NCBI GenBank assembly: GCA_017518295.1 | Contig: JAFWVJ010000012.1 | Coordinates: 174,361-238,360, forward strand | Reading direction: 5' to 3' | From: Clostridia bacterium | Lineage (GTDB): Bacteria; Bacillota; Clostridia; TANB77; UBA1234 | DNA length: 64,000 bases | In this document: in pieces, positions 39,578-48,905 of the stretch | Numbering within the stretch: the stretch's first letter is position 1 | How the letters are laid out: the number at the start of each line of letters is the position of its first letter | Program-made: the position numbers and the translations under genes | The notes under the pieces: model-generated | Database searches by the model: none | What the model saw: only the letters and a program-made list of their open reading frames with translations | What the model was told of the DNA's origin: nothing

Positions 39578-40603
39578 ATGTTAGAACCAGTTATTCCAAT
39601 TATTAAATCGACACTAAATAATATTGACTATGATATGTTTTATAGTATTGGTGCTGAAGCAATTAAGAAAGGAAAGCTTGCAGTTTGTACTTTAGCGGGT
39701 GGCCAAGGAAGTCGACTTGGACATAAAGGTCCTAAAGGAACTTTTATTGTTCCATTTGAAAAAATTACTTCACGCTCAATTTTTGAAATAGCTGCTGAAA
39801 AGATTAAAAATGCTTACAAAGAATTTGGCATATATACATATTGGTATATTATGACTTCAAAAGAAAATGACAAAGAGACAAAGGATTTCTTTATAGACAA
39901 TAATTATTTTGGTATTCCTAAAGAAAAGATAATATTCTTTATGCAAGGAGAGTTTCCTTTAATTAGAGAAAATGGAGAAGAAATTAAAGATAAAGAAGGA
40001 AATATTGTTTTAGCTGCTAATGGAAATGGTGGAATATTTAAAGCATTAGAAGATGAAGGTATAATCTTGCATATGAAAGAAAATAATATTGATTATATTT
40101 GTACTTGTAATGTAGATAATATACTAGTTAATCCTATAGATGCGGTTTCTTTTGGAATTATAGTAAAAAATAATGCAGATTTATGTATAAAATCCATAGA
40201 AAAATCTAATTCAGACGAAAAAGTCGGTAGTATTGTGCTAAAAGATGATAAGATTACTGTTGTAGAATATATAGATATGCCTAAAGAGCTTACGGCTATA
40301 AAGAACGAAGAAGGTAGCCTAATATATAGTGAATCTCATTTTGGATGTAATTACATAGGTTTAAGCCTTTTAGAGAAGATTTCAAAGCAAAAACTTCCAA
40401 TACATGAAGCCCATAAGAAAAATGATGAATATGGAGAATATATAAAAAAAGAAATGTTTATTTTTGATGGCTTTGAAATGGCTGAAAAGCCAATTGTAAT
40501 TCGAGTTTTAAGAGAAGATGAATTTGCTCCAATCAAGAATAAAGATGGGGTAGATAGCCCTAAAACTGCAATTTTACTATATGAAAACAAGTTTTATAGA
40601 TAG
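39578..40603 (+). CDS. UDPGP-family nucleotidyltransferase (UDP-N-acetylhexosamine / UTP-sugar-1-phosphate uridylyltransferase-like)
   Basis: LAGGQGSRLGHKGPKGTF, NGNGGIF, CNVDNILV. Confidence 0.7.
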   Translation: MLEPVIPIIKSTLNNIDYDMFYSIGAEAIKKGKLAVCTLAGGQGSRLGHKGPKGTFIVPFEKITSRSIFEIAAEKIKNAYKEFGIYTYWYIMTSKENDKETKDFFIDNNYFGIPKEKIIFFMQGEFPLIRENGEEIKDKEGNIVLAANGNGGIFKALEDEGIILHMKENNIDYICTCNVDNILVNPIDAVSFGIIVKNNADLCIKSIEKSNSDEKVGSIVLKDDKITVVEYIDMPKELTAIKNEEGSLIYSESHFGCNYIGLSLLEKISKQKLPIHEAHKKNDEYGEYIKKEMFIFDGFEMAEKPIVIRVLREDEFAPIKNKDGVDSPKTAILLYENKFYR

Positions 40604-40621
40604 AATTTTGATGAAATTTAT

Positions 40622-40677
40622 AGAAACTCTTGTATTTTGATATAAACGTGTCAAAATATAGGAGTTTCTTTCTTTTT
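40622..40677 (+). terminator. Long hairpin AGAAACTC..ATTTTGA / TCAAAAT..GAGTTTCT + T-rich tail
   Basis: Read directly, downstream of the stop at 40603. Confidence 0.6.
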
Positions 40678-40782
40678 ATAGTATCCGTAGATATTTAAGA
40701 AGGATAGGTTAACTATAATTACAACTTATATCAACACAATTTTAAAAAAGGCTTAAAATCAATATTTTGAGAGTATTTTTAA

Positions 40783-40811
40783 TTGACATAATATAATAAA
40801 TATGATAGAAT
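40783..40811 (+). promoter_or_regulatory. Near-consensus extended -10 promoter TTGACA-17 nt-(TGa)TAGAAT
   Basis: TTGACA 40783-40788, TG 40803-40804, TAGAAT 40806-40811; same architecture as the promoter at 33728. Confidence 0.6.
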
Positions 40812-40845
40812 ATTATTGATGAGTTTTGAAGGAGGATGATGCCTT

Positions 40846-43542
40846 ATGTCATTAAATGGAAAAAGAAAAAAGGCTGCCGAATTAATAGGAAGACTAACAA
40901 ATAAAGTTTCGTATCGTGAATTAGTAGAGATTATGGAATCTTTGCCTAACGATAAACTAGAAATATGCAAGCGTATTGAAAAAGAGATTTTTGATAGTAA
41001 AATGCCTATTTCTAAATCTGAAATAGAAGTTTTTGAAAAATTAGATTCAAATTTATTTAATAGAATACAAGCAAGGAGTGCTGCAATGATTTTCACAGCG
41101 CTTTCTTCTGTTGCTGATGACACTATGAGAAATAAGTTAATGCAAGATATTCAAATTGGAGATACTTTCTTTACAGATTCTAGCCAAGTAGAAGGCTATA
41201 TGAAAAATCACATGAAAGAATTATTTCAAGATAAATTCCGTGATTTGGGAATAGGGTTTAGATCTGTTGAAGATTCTTCTTATGAAGGAATAATGAATGC
41301 TTTTAGAGAAAATAAATCTTTAGATGCTTCTATACTAACAAAGTTAGATGACTTCCCAATTGTAGGAGCTATGTTAAAAGCTGATTTATTAAAAGAGCAT
41401 GAAGTTTTTGTACAACAAACAAAAGATAGATTCCAAAAATTTGCAGATAAGACTGGAAGACCAGCAATGGATCCAGCAAATATAGATACATTGATTGGTA
41501 AAACAGGCAAAATATATCTAGATCCTTCTCTTGCACAAGAAGAATTTTTAGATACTATGGCTCAAAATGGCATAGGGATTTTTGAATATACTTATGAGAC
41601 TCCTGACGGTGACGAAGAATTAGGTTATAGCTTTGAATTAGATACAAAGGATGCCAAAAAAGTTGAATGGGAACATCCTGATGTTGATGGAAATCGTGTT
41701 AAAGAGACTGTAGACAAAGAATCAACTATAACATCTGGAAATAAAGTTGGTTTTGAAAGCGTAGATACTGATAATAATAAAACAAGACATATTGCTGATA
41801 ATGCAGAACCAGATCCCGCTTTAAAAGTATATGATATGCCAACAATTACATTTGATATTGCTGATATTAAAGATTTAAATACAAGATTAGAAGATCTAAA
41901 AAATGAAATAGCAGCATTTAGATCAAAAACAATCAAAGAAGTTGCTAATTATAAGATTACATTAAGAGGAAAAACGTTATTTGAATCAGTAATTGGTGAT
42001 ACAGAGCCTGTAATTACTGATTTACAAAATAAAGTTAAAGAAGAAGTTGAAGCTGTTAAGTTTATTGAAGATGAAAAAGTAAGAAAAAGTCCAATTGATG
42101 TATTTGGTGCGGGATTTAATCATCCAGATCCATTTGATGCAACAACTATTCCAGAAGATAAAACAAAACGTACAATAACAGGAGTTAAACCTGGTGGATA
42201 TAAAGGAAAAGAATTTAAGATTAAAAATGTAGAAGAATATGATAACTACATTGAAAATTTAATTGACTTTATAGGTTCTAATAAAATTGACTGGTTTGAA
42301 CATGATTCAGATGGTAAAATCCAAGAGATGATTGATAGATGGCATGGACTTACTCAAGCTGAAAAAGTTAAAGAAGTAGCAAATAATAAAGGAATGTTAT
42401 CTTCTTGTGATGTAATTAAGTTGAGAGATTCTCTTCAACAAATAATTGTAAAAGAATTTGGTAAAGATCCTGCTACTGGAAATTATAAAAACAAAACAAA
42501 ATATAATAAATTCTTAGCACTTCATACAGAACATATTAAGAATTTGGGAAGCTTATCTAAAGGAGTTCCAGATAGAGATGTAGGAGATCCAGAACCTGCA
42601 GCTACTCCAAAAAGAGGTATGGCTGATTTACTAAGTAGATTCGAAGAAGTTAAAAAGAGAGATAGAGAACTTTTAAAGAACTATGCGGGAATGATTATAG
42701 AAGCTCCTAAAGCTGGTGAAAAAGCAGATATAAGAATGAAGAAAATTGAAGATAGAGCTGATGCACTATACAAAGGATTTACTGGCCCTGATCCTGTTGA
42801 TGAGAAAAAGATGGGACAAAGAGTTAGAATAGCTTTAGAGTACAAGAGATGGACAGAAGCTTTAGAAGCAATTAAAAAGAGAATTGAAGATAAAAGTAGA
42901 GATATTAATTTAGCATTATCAACAGGTGCTTTAAGTGGTTCTGCAAATATAGTTGATTTACTTCTTGAAGATAAAAAAGAATTTGTTACAAATTATGCAA
43001 AATTTGTAAAATTCTGTAAGACAAAAGAATTAGATGGTATGGAAAATCAAGAAGTAGCAGCAAGAACCCTAGGAACACTTCAAGCAATTAGTGTGGCTGA
43101 TACTATTACTGGAAAGAAACATCCATTATTAGACATTAGTTCTGGAGATCCAGCTATTGATGAAAAAGCTAGTAAGCAATATGATATATTTGTTAAAGCA
43201 AATAAAACATATGAAGAATCTGGCAAGAGAATAGATAGAATGAAAAGATCTGTTGAGCTAAGAAGGAGTGATGATGGCTGGTTATCACTTAACCCTGAGT
43301 ATCAATTGGCTAGAAAATTTGAAAATCATATTTTAAACAATACTCTTTTAGGTAAATCAGTACCTGATTTAAAATATGGAAACCCAAAAGGTGGTGCACC
43401 TCGTTTAGATAAAAAAGAACTAGACGATATTCAAAGACTTGTATTTAATGGTCATGGAATTCCAAAAGATAATATCTTAGCTTTAAGACCTGCAGATAGA
43501 GCTGAAGATCATTCACATGATGAAGATCCAGATATATCTTAA
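40846..43542 (+). CDS. Large (898 aa) soluble hypothetical protein, K/D/E-rich, no recognised domain
   Basis: GGAGG 10 nt upstream of the ATG; monocistronic (own promoter, two terminators downstream). Confidence 0.6.
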   Translation: MSLNGKRKKAAELIGRLTNKVSYRELVEIMESLPNDKLEICKRIEKEIFDSKMPISKSEIEVFEKLDSNLFNRIQARSAAMIFTALSSVADDTMRNKLMQDIQIGDTFFTDSSQVEGYMKNHMKELFQDKFRDLGIGFRSVEDSSYEGIMNAFRENKSLDASILTKLDDFPIVGAMLKADLLKEHEVFVQQTKDRFQKFADKTGRPAMDPANIDTLIGKTGKIYLDPSLAQEEFLDTMAQNGIGIFEYTYETPDGDEELGYSFELDTKDAKKVEWEHPDVDGNRVKETVDKESTITSGNKVGFESVDTDNNKTRHIADNAEPDPALKVYDMPTITFDIADIKDLNTRLEDLKNEIAAFRSKTIKEVANYKITLRGKTLFESVIGDTEPVITDLQNKVKEEVEAVKFIEDEKVRKSPIDVFGAGFNHPDPFDATTIPEDKTKRTITGVKPGGYKGKEFKIKNVEEYDNYIENLIDFIGSNKIDWFEHDSDGKIQEMIDRWHGLTQAEKVKEVANNKGMLSSCDVIKLRDSLQQIIVKEFGKDPATGNYKNKTKYNKFLALHTEHIKNLGSLSKGVPDRDVGDPEPAATPKRGMADLLSRFEEVKKRDRELLKNYAGMIIEAPKAGEKADIRMKKIEDRADALYKGFTGPDPVDEKKMGQRVRIALEYKRWTEALEAIKKRIEDKSRDINLALSTGALSGSANIVDLLLEDKKEFVTNYAKFVKFCKTKELDGMENQEVAARTLGTLQAISVADTITGKKHPLLDISSGDPAIDEKASKQYDIFVKANKTYEESGKRIDRMKRSVELRRSDDGWLSLNPEYQLARKFENHILNNTLLGKSVPDLKYGNPKGGAPRLDKKELDDIQRLVFNGHGIPKDNILALRPADRAEDHSHDEDPDIS

Positions 43543-43552
43543 TAAAAGTTAA

Positions 43553-43582
43553 ATAGAAAGCTAGAAATAGCTTTCTATTTTT
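43553..43582 (+). terminator. Rho-independent terminator (ATAGAAAGCTA-GAAA-TAGCTTTCTAT + T-run)
   Basis: 11-bp perfect stem. Confidence 0.8.
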
Positions 43583-43595
43583 ATTATAATATAAG

Positions 43596-43622
43596 AGCAG
43601 ATTCAAAATGATCTGCTTTTTT
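43596..43622 (+). terminator. Second tandem terminator (AGCAGAT-loop-ATCTGCT + T6)
   Basis: Read directly. Confidence 0.65.
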
Positions 43623-43641
43623 ATAGGGCTATTTAAGAAGT

Positions 43642-45906
43642 GTGGAGGTGATTTTTATTAAAATCTCTAGCGAAGAAAGAATAGAAGAAGAGAAAAAACT
43701 TACTAAAACTAGAAAGTTGATAGATGAAGAAGTTAAGAAAAGTGAAGATAGACTTGCCGAAGGATTTGAAGAATATGATTTTGATGATGACTACAAAGAT
43801 GAATTTATGAAGGCAACATTAATAGAAAGATATAAGCAAAGAATTAGAAATCTCAAAACTATTAGACCTAATCCTTATTTTGCAAGAGTTGATTTTGTTG
43901 AAAATGGTTCATCCAAAAGAGATAAGTTTTATTTAGGTAAAGAAACTGTTACAGATATGAAGTCTTTAGAACAAGTAGTTGTTGACTGGAGAGCTCCTAT
44001 TGCTGATTTATATTATGAAGGAAGGCTAGGAGATGCTGAATATGATTGTCCAGAAGGAATTATAAAAGGCGAAATTAAGCTTAAAAGACAATATGTATTT
44101 AAAGATGGAGAATTAGATGTTTTATTAGATATTGATATAACAACTAATGATGAAATGCTTCAACCTTTTTTATCTGCTAATTCTGACACTAGACTTAAAA
44201 ATATTGTTTCGACAATTCAAGCGGAGCAAAATAAGATTATAAGAGCAACCATGTGGAAACCATTAGTAGTACAAGGTGTTGCGGGTTCTGGTAAGACGAC
44301 CATAGCACTTCATAGAATTGCATATTTAATCTATAATTGTGGACAAGAGTTTTATCCGGAAGAATTTTTAATAATTGCTCCAAACAAATTTTTCTTAAAC
44401 TATATTTCTAATGTTTTACCAGATTTGGGCGTTGAGAGAGTATCTCAAATGACATATGAAGAAATTGCTTTTCAAATTATTGGTAAAGAATATAGTATAG
44501 AAGATCCAAATCAAAAATTAAGTATATTAATTGATAATAATAAATCTGCAAAGCAAGTTAAACAAGCAGAAATTATGGAACAGGCAACAAGTTTTAAATC
44601 GACGGTTCGTTTTAAAAATCTAATTGATGAATATATATTTGAAGTTGAAAAAAGATTTTTGCCAGATAGAGACTTTGTTGTATTTGATAGAACTTTTATG
44701 ACTAAAGAAGAAATTAGCACTTTATTTTATAGAGAATATGCTTATTTACCATTGGTAAGACGTATAGATGAAATTAAAAAGCATATGTTAAATAAACTAA
44801 TTAATGCAAAAGATGAAATTATTAAAGAAATCGAAGAAGAAGCTCAGTATAATATTTCAAGAGTTAAGTTCCAAGAAGAAATTATTGAAATTCAAAGAGC
44901 ACAAATTAGAGAAATATATGATGAAAGAGATCGCAAAGTTAAAGAAGCTTCAAAGGACTTAAGAAAGTATGTAATTGATTATTTTAAAGAAAATAAGATT
45001 TTAGAACCAATAGGATACTACAAAGAATTTCTTGATTTATATTTTAAAGACTTAATTAGAAATAGAATTCCAGTAGAACAAGTTGATTATATAATTAATA
45101 GTTTTAAAGCATCTCAAAGAAAAGGTAATATTGAAATGGAAGACTTGGCTCCTTTAATGTATATTGTTTATAGAATTCATGGAATCAAAACTAAATTTGA
45201 ATTAAAACATATAGTTATAGATGAAGCACAAGACTTTAGTGAATTCCAATTTTATGTATTTAAAAAGATAGTTAAGAGTAATTCTTTAACTATTCTTGGA
45301 GACTTATCTCAAGGGATTTATTATTATAGAGGCACTAAGAATTGGCAAAAGACTATGGATATTGTTTTTGAAGGAGATACTGATTTACAATATTTAACTT
45401 TACAAAAAACTTATAGAACTACAGAAGAGATAATGAATGTAGCCAACACAGTTATTTCGCATATTCAAGATAAATTAAAATGCCCTTTAGGCGAACCTGT
45501 AATGAAAAATGGTGCACCAGTTACAATTAAGAAATTTAAATCACAAGATGATATGGTAAATCAAATTAAATATCGTTTAGATGATTTTAAAAAGAAAGAT
45601 TTTAAAAATATTGCAATTATTTGTAAGACAGTTGGAGATTGCTTAGTAATGCAAAAACTACTAAATGATGAAAGCATACATATGATTTCTGATAAAGATA
45701 GTGAATATAATGGAGGCATATCCATTGTTCCATCGTATTTATCTAAAGGCCTTGAATTTGATGCTGTTATAATTACAAATTGTGATGATTTTAATTATAC
45801 TTCTTCTGAAGTGGATACTAAGCTATTATATGTATGTATAACAAGGGCTATGAACACATTAGACATTTATTCAGTTGATGAGCCATGTAAATTATTAAAA
45901 GCATAA
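43642..45906 (+). CDS. helD: HelD-type UvrD-family helicase (RNA polymerase recycling ATPase / helicase IV-like)
   Basis: NPYFARVDF, FYLGKETV, VVDWRAPIADLYYEG, then VVQGVAGSGKTTIALHRIAYL, IDEAQDF, SKGLEFDAVI, LYVCITRA; start codon uncertain (GTG 43642 overlaps the GGAGGTG). Confidence 0.75.
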   Translation: MEVIFIKISSEERIEEEKKLTKTRKLIDEEVKKSEDRLAEGFEEYDFDDDYKDEFMKATLIERYKQRIRNLKTIRPNPYFARVDFVENGSSKRDKFYLGKETVTDMKSLEQVVVDWRAPIADLYYEGRLGDAEYDCPEGIIKGEIKLKRQYVFKDGELDVLLDIDITTNDEMLQPFLSANSDTRLKNIVSTIQAEQNKIIRATMWKPLVVQGVAGSGKTTIALHRIAYLIYNCGQEFYPEEFLIIAPNKFFLNYISNVLPDLGVERVSQMTYEEIAFQIIGKEYSIEDPNQKLSILIDNNKSAKQVKQAEIMEQATSFKSTVRFKNLIDEYIFEVEKRFLPDRDFVVFDRTFMTKEEISTLFYREYAYLPLVRRIDEIKKHMLNKLINAKDEIIKEIEEEAQYNISRVKFQEEIIEIQRAQIREIYDERDRKVKEASKDLRKYVIDYFKENKILEPIGYYKEFLDLYFKDLIRNRIPVEQVDYIINSFKASQRKGNIEMEDLAPLMYIVYRIHGIKTKFELKHIVIDEAQDFSEFQFYVFKKIVKSNSLTILGDLSQGIYYYRGTKNWQKTMDIVFEGDTDLQYLTLQKTYRTTEEIMNVANTVISHIQDKLKCPLGEPVMKNGAPVTIKKFKSQDDMVNQIKYRLDDFKKKDFKNIAIICKTVGDCLVMQKLLNDESIHMISDKDSEYNGGISIVPSYLSKGLEFDAVIITNCDDFNYTSSEVDTKLLYVCITRAMNTLDIYSVDEPCKLLKA

Positions 45907-45984
45907 GTTTTAACTTTTAACGACATTGTAATTTTAGTCAACATAAAATGATTATAATAAGAATTAAATATTTAATAGTATTTA

Positions 45985-46012
45985 GCGAGTGAATTGAGTT
46001 CACTCGCTTTTT
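45985..46012 (+). terminator. Rho-independent terminator (GCGAGTGAA-TTGAG-TTCACTCGC + T5)
   Basis: 9-bp stem read directly. Confidence 0.75.
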
Positions 46013-46279
46013 ATATTGTTTTACATAAATACAAATTTAAATTATAACTAAATTCATATTGATTTTATAATTTATCGATTATAAAATCACTTTAATAAAA
46101 GAAATACGTTTCTTTCTTATTTTATTCAAATTTTTTCTAAATTTATTTTTTCAATAGTTTTTTTATCTTTAAGTTTTATTATTCTATTTTTTAATTTTCT
46201 TATTTTTATTATTTGTTCTATTATTATATTTTTCGTTTAAAACTTAAATAAATAAACTGTTGTACATTTGGAGGTTTTT

Positions 46280-47005
46280 ATGAATGTATTAATAGTTGAA
46301 GAAGATTTAAAATTTGCACATTTATTAACATCAGAATTTAAAAAGAGCAGTAAAGTAAAAAGTGTATCAATTGTTAAATCAATTGATGATTTGTATTTAT
46401 CAAATTATAAAGAATCTAATGATTTAAAAGTAAATGAAAATTCAATCATATATGATCTTTCAATAATAAATATTGATTTGTTAAAAGATAATATTAATGA
46501 TTTATGCTTATTAAATTCTAAAGATTATATTGGTTATAGTTCAAATAATAAAAATATAAATAAATATATAAATTCTTCTAGTTTTTTAAGAATATTAAAA
46601 ATGCCAATTAGTATAAAGGAATTTGTTAGTTACCTAAATAATCAATATAGTTTGTTTAATAGTTCAAGTACTAATGATAATGAATGTGATTACTTAAATA
46701 GGCTATCACAACTAGGTTTTAATATTGCTCACTGTGGTACTCATTATTTAGCAGAAGGAATAAATATTGCTAAAAATATTAAATATCATACAATAAATGA
46801 ATTATATGATGAATTATCAAAAAGATATAAAACTAATGCAGAAAGTATAAAATGGTCTATCTATAATTCGGTTAATTGGGCATATAATGCCGATTTTGAT
46901 AAGAAAATGGACAGGTACTTTAAAATATATGATGGAAGGAAGCCAACTCCTAAATTTATTATTGATTATTTTTCATCACTTTCTAAGTTTCATGGCATTG
47001 TTTAA
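46280..47005 (+). CDS. Spo0A C-terminal-domain protein with atypical receiver-like N-terminus
   Basis: C-terminal LGFNIAHCGTHYLAEGINIA...INELYDELSKRYKTNAESIKWSIYNSVNWAY...GRKPTPKFIIDYF aligns with B. subtilis Spo0A IGVPAHIKGYLYLREAI...[28 protein letters not shown]...KPTNSEFIA; ATG 46280 follows GGAGG. Confidence 0.6.
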   Translation: MNVLIVEEDLKFAHLLTSEFKKSSKVKSVSIVKSIDDLYLSNYKESNDLKVNENSIIYDLSIINIDLLKDNINDLCLLNSKDYIGYSSNNKNINKYINSSSFLRILKMPISIKEFVSYLNNQYSLFNSSSTNDNECDYLNRLSQLGFNIAHCGTHYLAEGINIAKNIKYHTINELYDELSKRYKTNAESIKWSIYNSVNWAYNADFDKKMDRYFKIYDGRKPTPKFIIDYFSSLSKFHGIV

Positions 47006-47077
47006 CTGTTTCATAATTGCAAAAGTTACATAAATATGATAAAATCCAGTAAATTATTGTAAAAAGAAGGCAAATTA

Positions 47078-48118
47078 ATGAATCAATTAAATAATGAACA
47101 ATTAAATAAAGATATAGTTGTGCTTTCAATAGAGAGTAGTTGCGATGAGACTTCGGCTGCCGTTGTTAAAAATGGTAGAGAAGTCTTAAGTAATGTTATA
47201 GCAACACAGATAGATATTCATAAAAGATATGGTGGAGTAGTTCCAGAAATTGCTTCTAGAAACCATGTAGACTGCATCTATAACGTAATTACTGAGGCTC
47301 TTGATGAAGCAAATGTTAAACTTGAAGATATAGATTTGGTAGCAGCAACATATGGACCTGGTTTAGTAGGTGCTCTATTAGTTGGTCTATCAACTGCTAA
47401 GGCTATGGCTTTTTCAGCTAATAAACCATTTTTGGGAGTACATCATATTGAAGGTCATATTGCAGCAAACTATGTTACTCACAAAGAATTAGAACCACCA
47501 TATATTTGTTTAGTGGTATCTGGTGGACATTCAAATTTAGTATATGTTAAAGATTATACTGAATTTGAGATTTTAGGTAGAACTCGTGATGATGCAGTTG
47601 GAGAGGCTTTTGATAAAGTTTCTAGAGTAATTGGTCTTGAATATCCTGGTGGACCTAAAATAGATAAATTAGCAAAAGAAGGTACTCCATCATATAAATT
47701 ACCTAAAACATTTTTTGAAGATAGTTTAGATTTTAGTTTTAGTGGAATTAAAACCGCTGTTATAAATCTAGTACATAAAGAAGGAGAAAAGATTAGAGTG
47801 CCAGATTTATGTGCAAGCTTTGAAGAATCAATTACTGATGTACTACTTAATAATCTACTAAAAGCATGTGAATTAAAAGGTACAAATAAAGTAGCACTTG
47901 CAGGTGGTGTATCAGCTAATTCGTATTTAAGATCAAGACTTGATAAGATGGGCAAAGAGAATAACTTATTGATTTATTATCCTGAACTAAAACTATGTAC
48001 AGATAATGCTGCCATGATTGGCGCAGCTGCTTATTTTGATTATATTAATGGAAAAACTTCAAGTTGGGATTTAAATGCTGTGCCTTATCTTAAACTTGGA
48101 GATAAACTTCGCAAATGA
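47078..48118 (+). CDS. tsaD: tRNA N6-adenosine threonylcarbamoyltransferase
   Basis: [37 protein letters not shown]. Confidence 0.93.
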   Translation: MNQLNNEQLNKDIVVLSIESSCDETSAAVVKNGREVLSNVIATQIDIHKRYGGVVPEIASRNHVDCIYNVITEALDEANVKLEDIDLVAATYGPGLVGALLVGLSTAKAMAFSANKPFLGVHHIEGHIAANYVTHKELEPPYICLVVSGGHSNLVYVKDYTEFEILGRTRDDAVGEAFDKVSRVIGLEYPGGPKIDKLAKEGTPSYKLPKTFFEDSLDFSFSGIKTAVINLVHKEGEKIRVPDLCASFEESITDVLLNNLLKACELKGTNKVALAGGVSANSYLRSRLDKMGKENNLLIYYPELKLCTDNAAMIGAAAYFDYINGKTSSWDLNAVPYLKLGDKLRK

Positions 48119-48130
48119 GACTAAAGTTGC

Positions 48131-48197
48131 GTTCCCTGGAAGTCTCAAACGTGAAAAAGTGAGACCTGGAGGGAACGTCCCCAAGTCTCAAATTTTT
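48131..48197 (+). promoter_or_regulatory. GC-rich (about 50%) three-segment structure: alternative hairpins 1:2 (48131-48176) and 2:3 (48161-48189, followed by TTTTT)
   Basis: Segment 1 GTTCCCTGGAAGTCTCA, segment 2 TGAGACCTGGAGGGAAC (inverted), segment 3 GTCCCCAAGTCTCA (direct); pairings worked out by hand. Confidence 0.5.
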
Positions 48198-48213
48198 GAA
48201 AGGAGATTAAAAT

Positions 48214-48903
48214 TTGGCTACATATGTAATATCCGATTTGCACTTATCATTTGGTACTAATAAACCAATGAATGTTTTTGGTGACAAATGGAATGACTAC
48301 GAAAATAGAATAAAAAAAGATTGGGTAAAAAAAGTTACTGCTAATGACTTTGTAATTATTGCAGGTGATGTTTCTTGGGCCACTTATTTAGATGAAGCTT
48401 TGGAAGATTTTAAGTGGATAGATAGTTTACCTGGAACAAAAATTATTTTAAAAGGTAACCATGATTATTGGTGGGAAACAGTAACTAAAATGAACAGATT
48501 CTTAGAAGATAATGATATTCATTCAATCATGTTTTTATATAATAATTGTATTGAAACTGATGAATATTTGCTTTGTGGAACAAGATATTGGTCTAATGAA
48601 GACAATATGGACAATGAAAAGATATTTAATCGTGAAATTCAAAGAGCTAAGATTTCTTTAGACTTTGCTAATTCAAAGAATAATGAATTAATTAATGGTG
48701 GCAAGGAATCAAAGCAAATTATAATGTGTACTCATTATCCACCAGATGAAAGAATCTTAAATGAGTTAAAACAATACAACATATATAAATGGATATATGC
48801 ACATATACATAGTAATTATGAAGAACACATTGCAAATACAGGTGATTTACCAAGTTATTTGACGTCATGTGATTTTTTAAATTTTCAACTTATTAGAATA
48901 TAA
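48214..48903 (+). CDS. Metallophosphoesterase (calcineurin-like phosphoesterase family)
   Basis: YVISDLHLSFG, IIAGDVSW, LKGNHDYWW, THYPP; TTG start after AAAGGAG. Confidence 0.75.
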   Translation: MATYVISDLHLSFGTNKPMNVFGDKWNDYENRIKKDWVKKVTANDFVIIAGDVSWATYLDEALEDFKWIDSLPGTKIILKGNHDYWWETVTKMNRFLEDNDIHSIMFLYNNCIETDEYLLCGTRYWSNEDNMDNEKIFNREIQRAKISLDFANSKNNELINGGKESKQIIMCTHYPPDERILNELKQYNIYKWIYAHIHSNYEEHIANTGDLPSYLTSCDFLNFQLIRI

Positions 48904-48905
48904 TT

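Noticed and set aside
40779-41123. 114-aa minus-strand ORF overlapping the promoter and 5' end of the 898-aa gene.
   Set aside because: It is antisense to a gene that has a strong promoter and SD. Its translation is low-complexity, and its 3' end would run through the predicted promoter.
43583-43622. TATAAT-like box between the two tandem terminators after the 898-aa gene, considered as a tiny sRNA gene.
   Set aside because: The transcript would be only about 30 nt and there is no -35 element. Two stacked terminators are the simpler explanation.
45926-46012. Promoter-like TGATTATAAT followed by the terminator at 45985, considered as an sRNA downstream of helD.
   Set aside because: No -35 hexamer lies at a workable spacing (13 or 21 nt for the candidates). 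The hairpin is adequately explained as the helD terminator.
48075-48260. 61-aa ORF spanning the tsaD end, the structured spacer and the start of the phosphoesterase gene.
   Set aside because: It has no SD, it overlaps two better-supported genes in other frames, and it is kept open mainly by the GC-rich structured segment.
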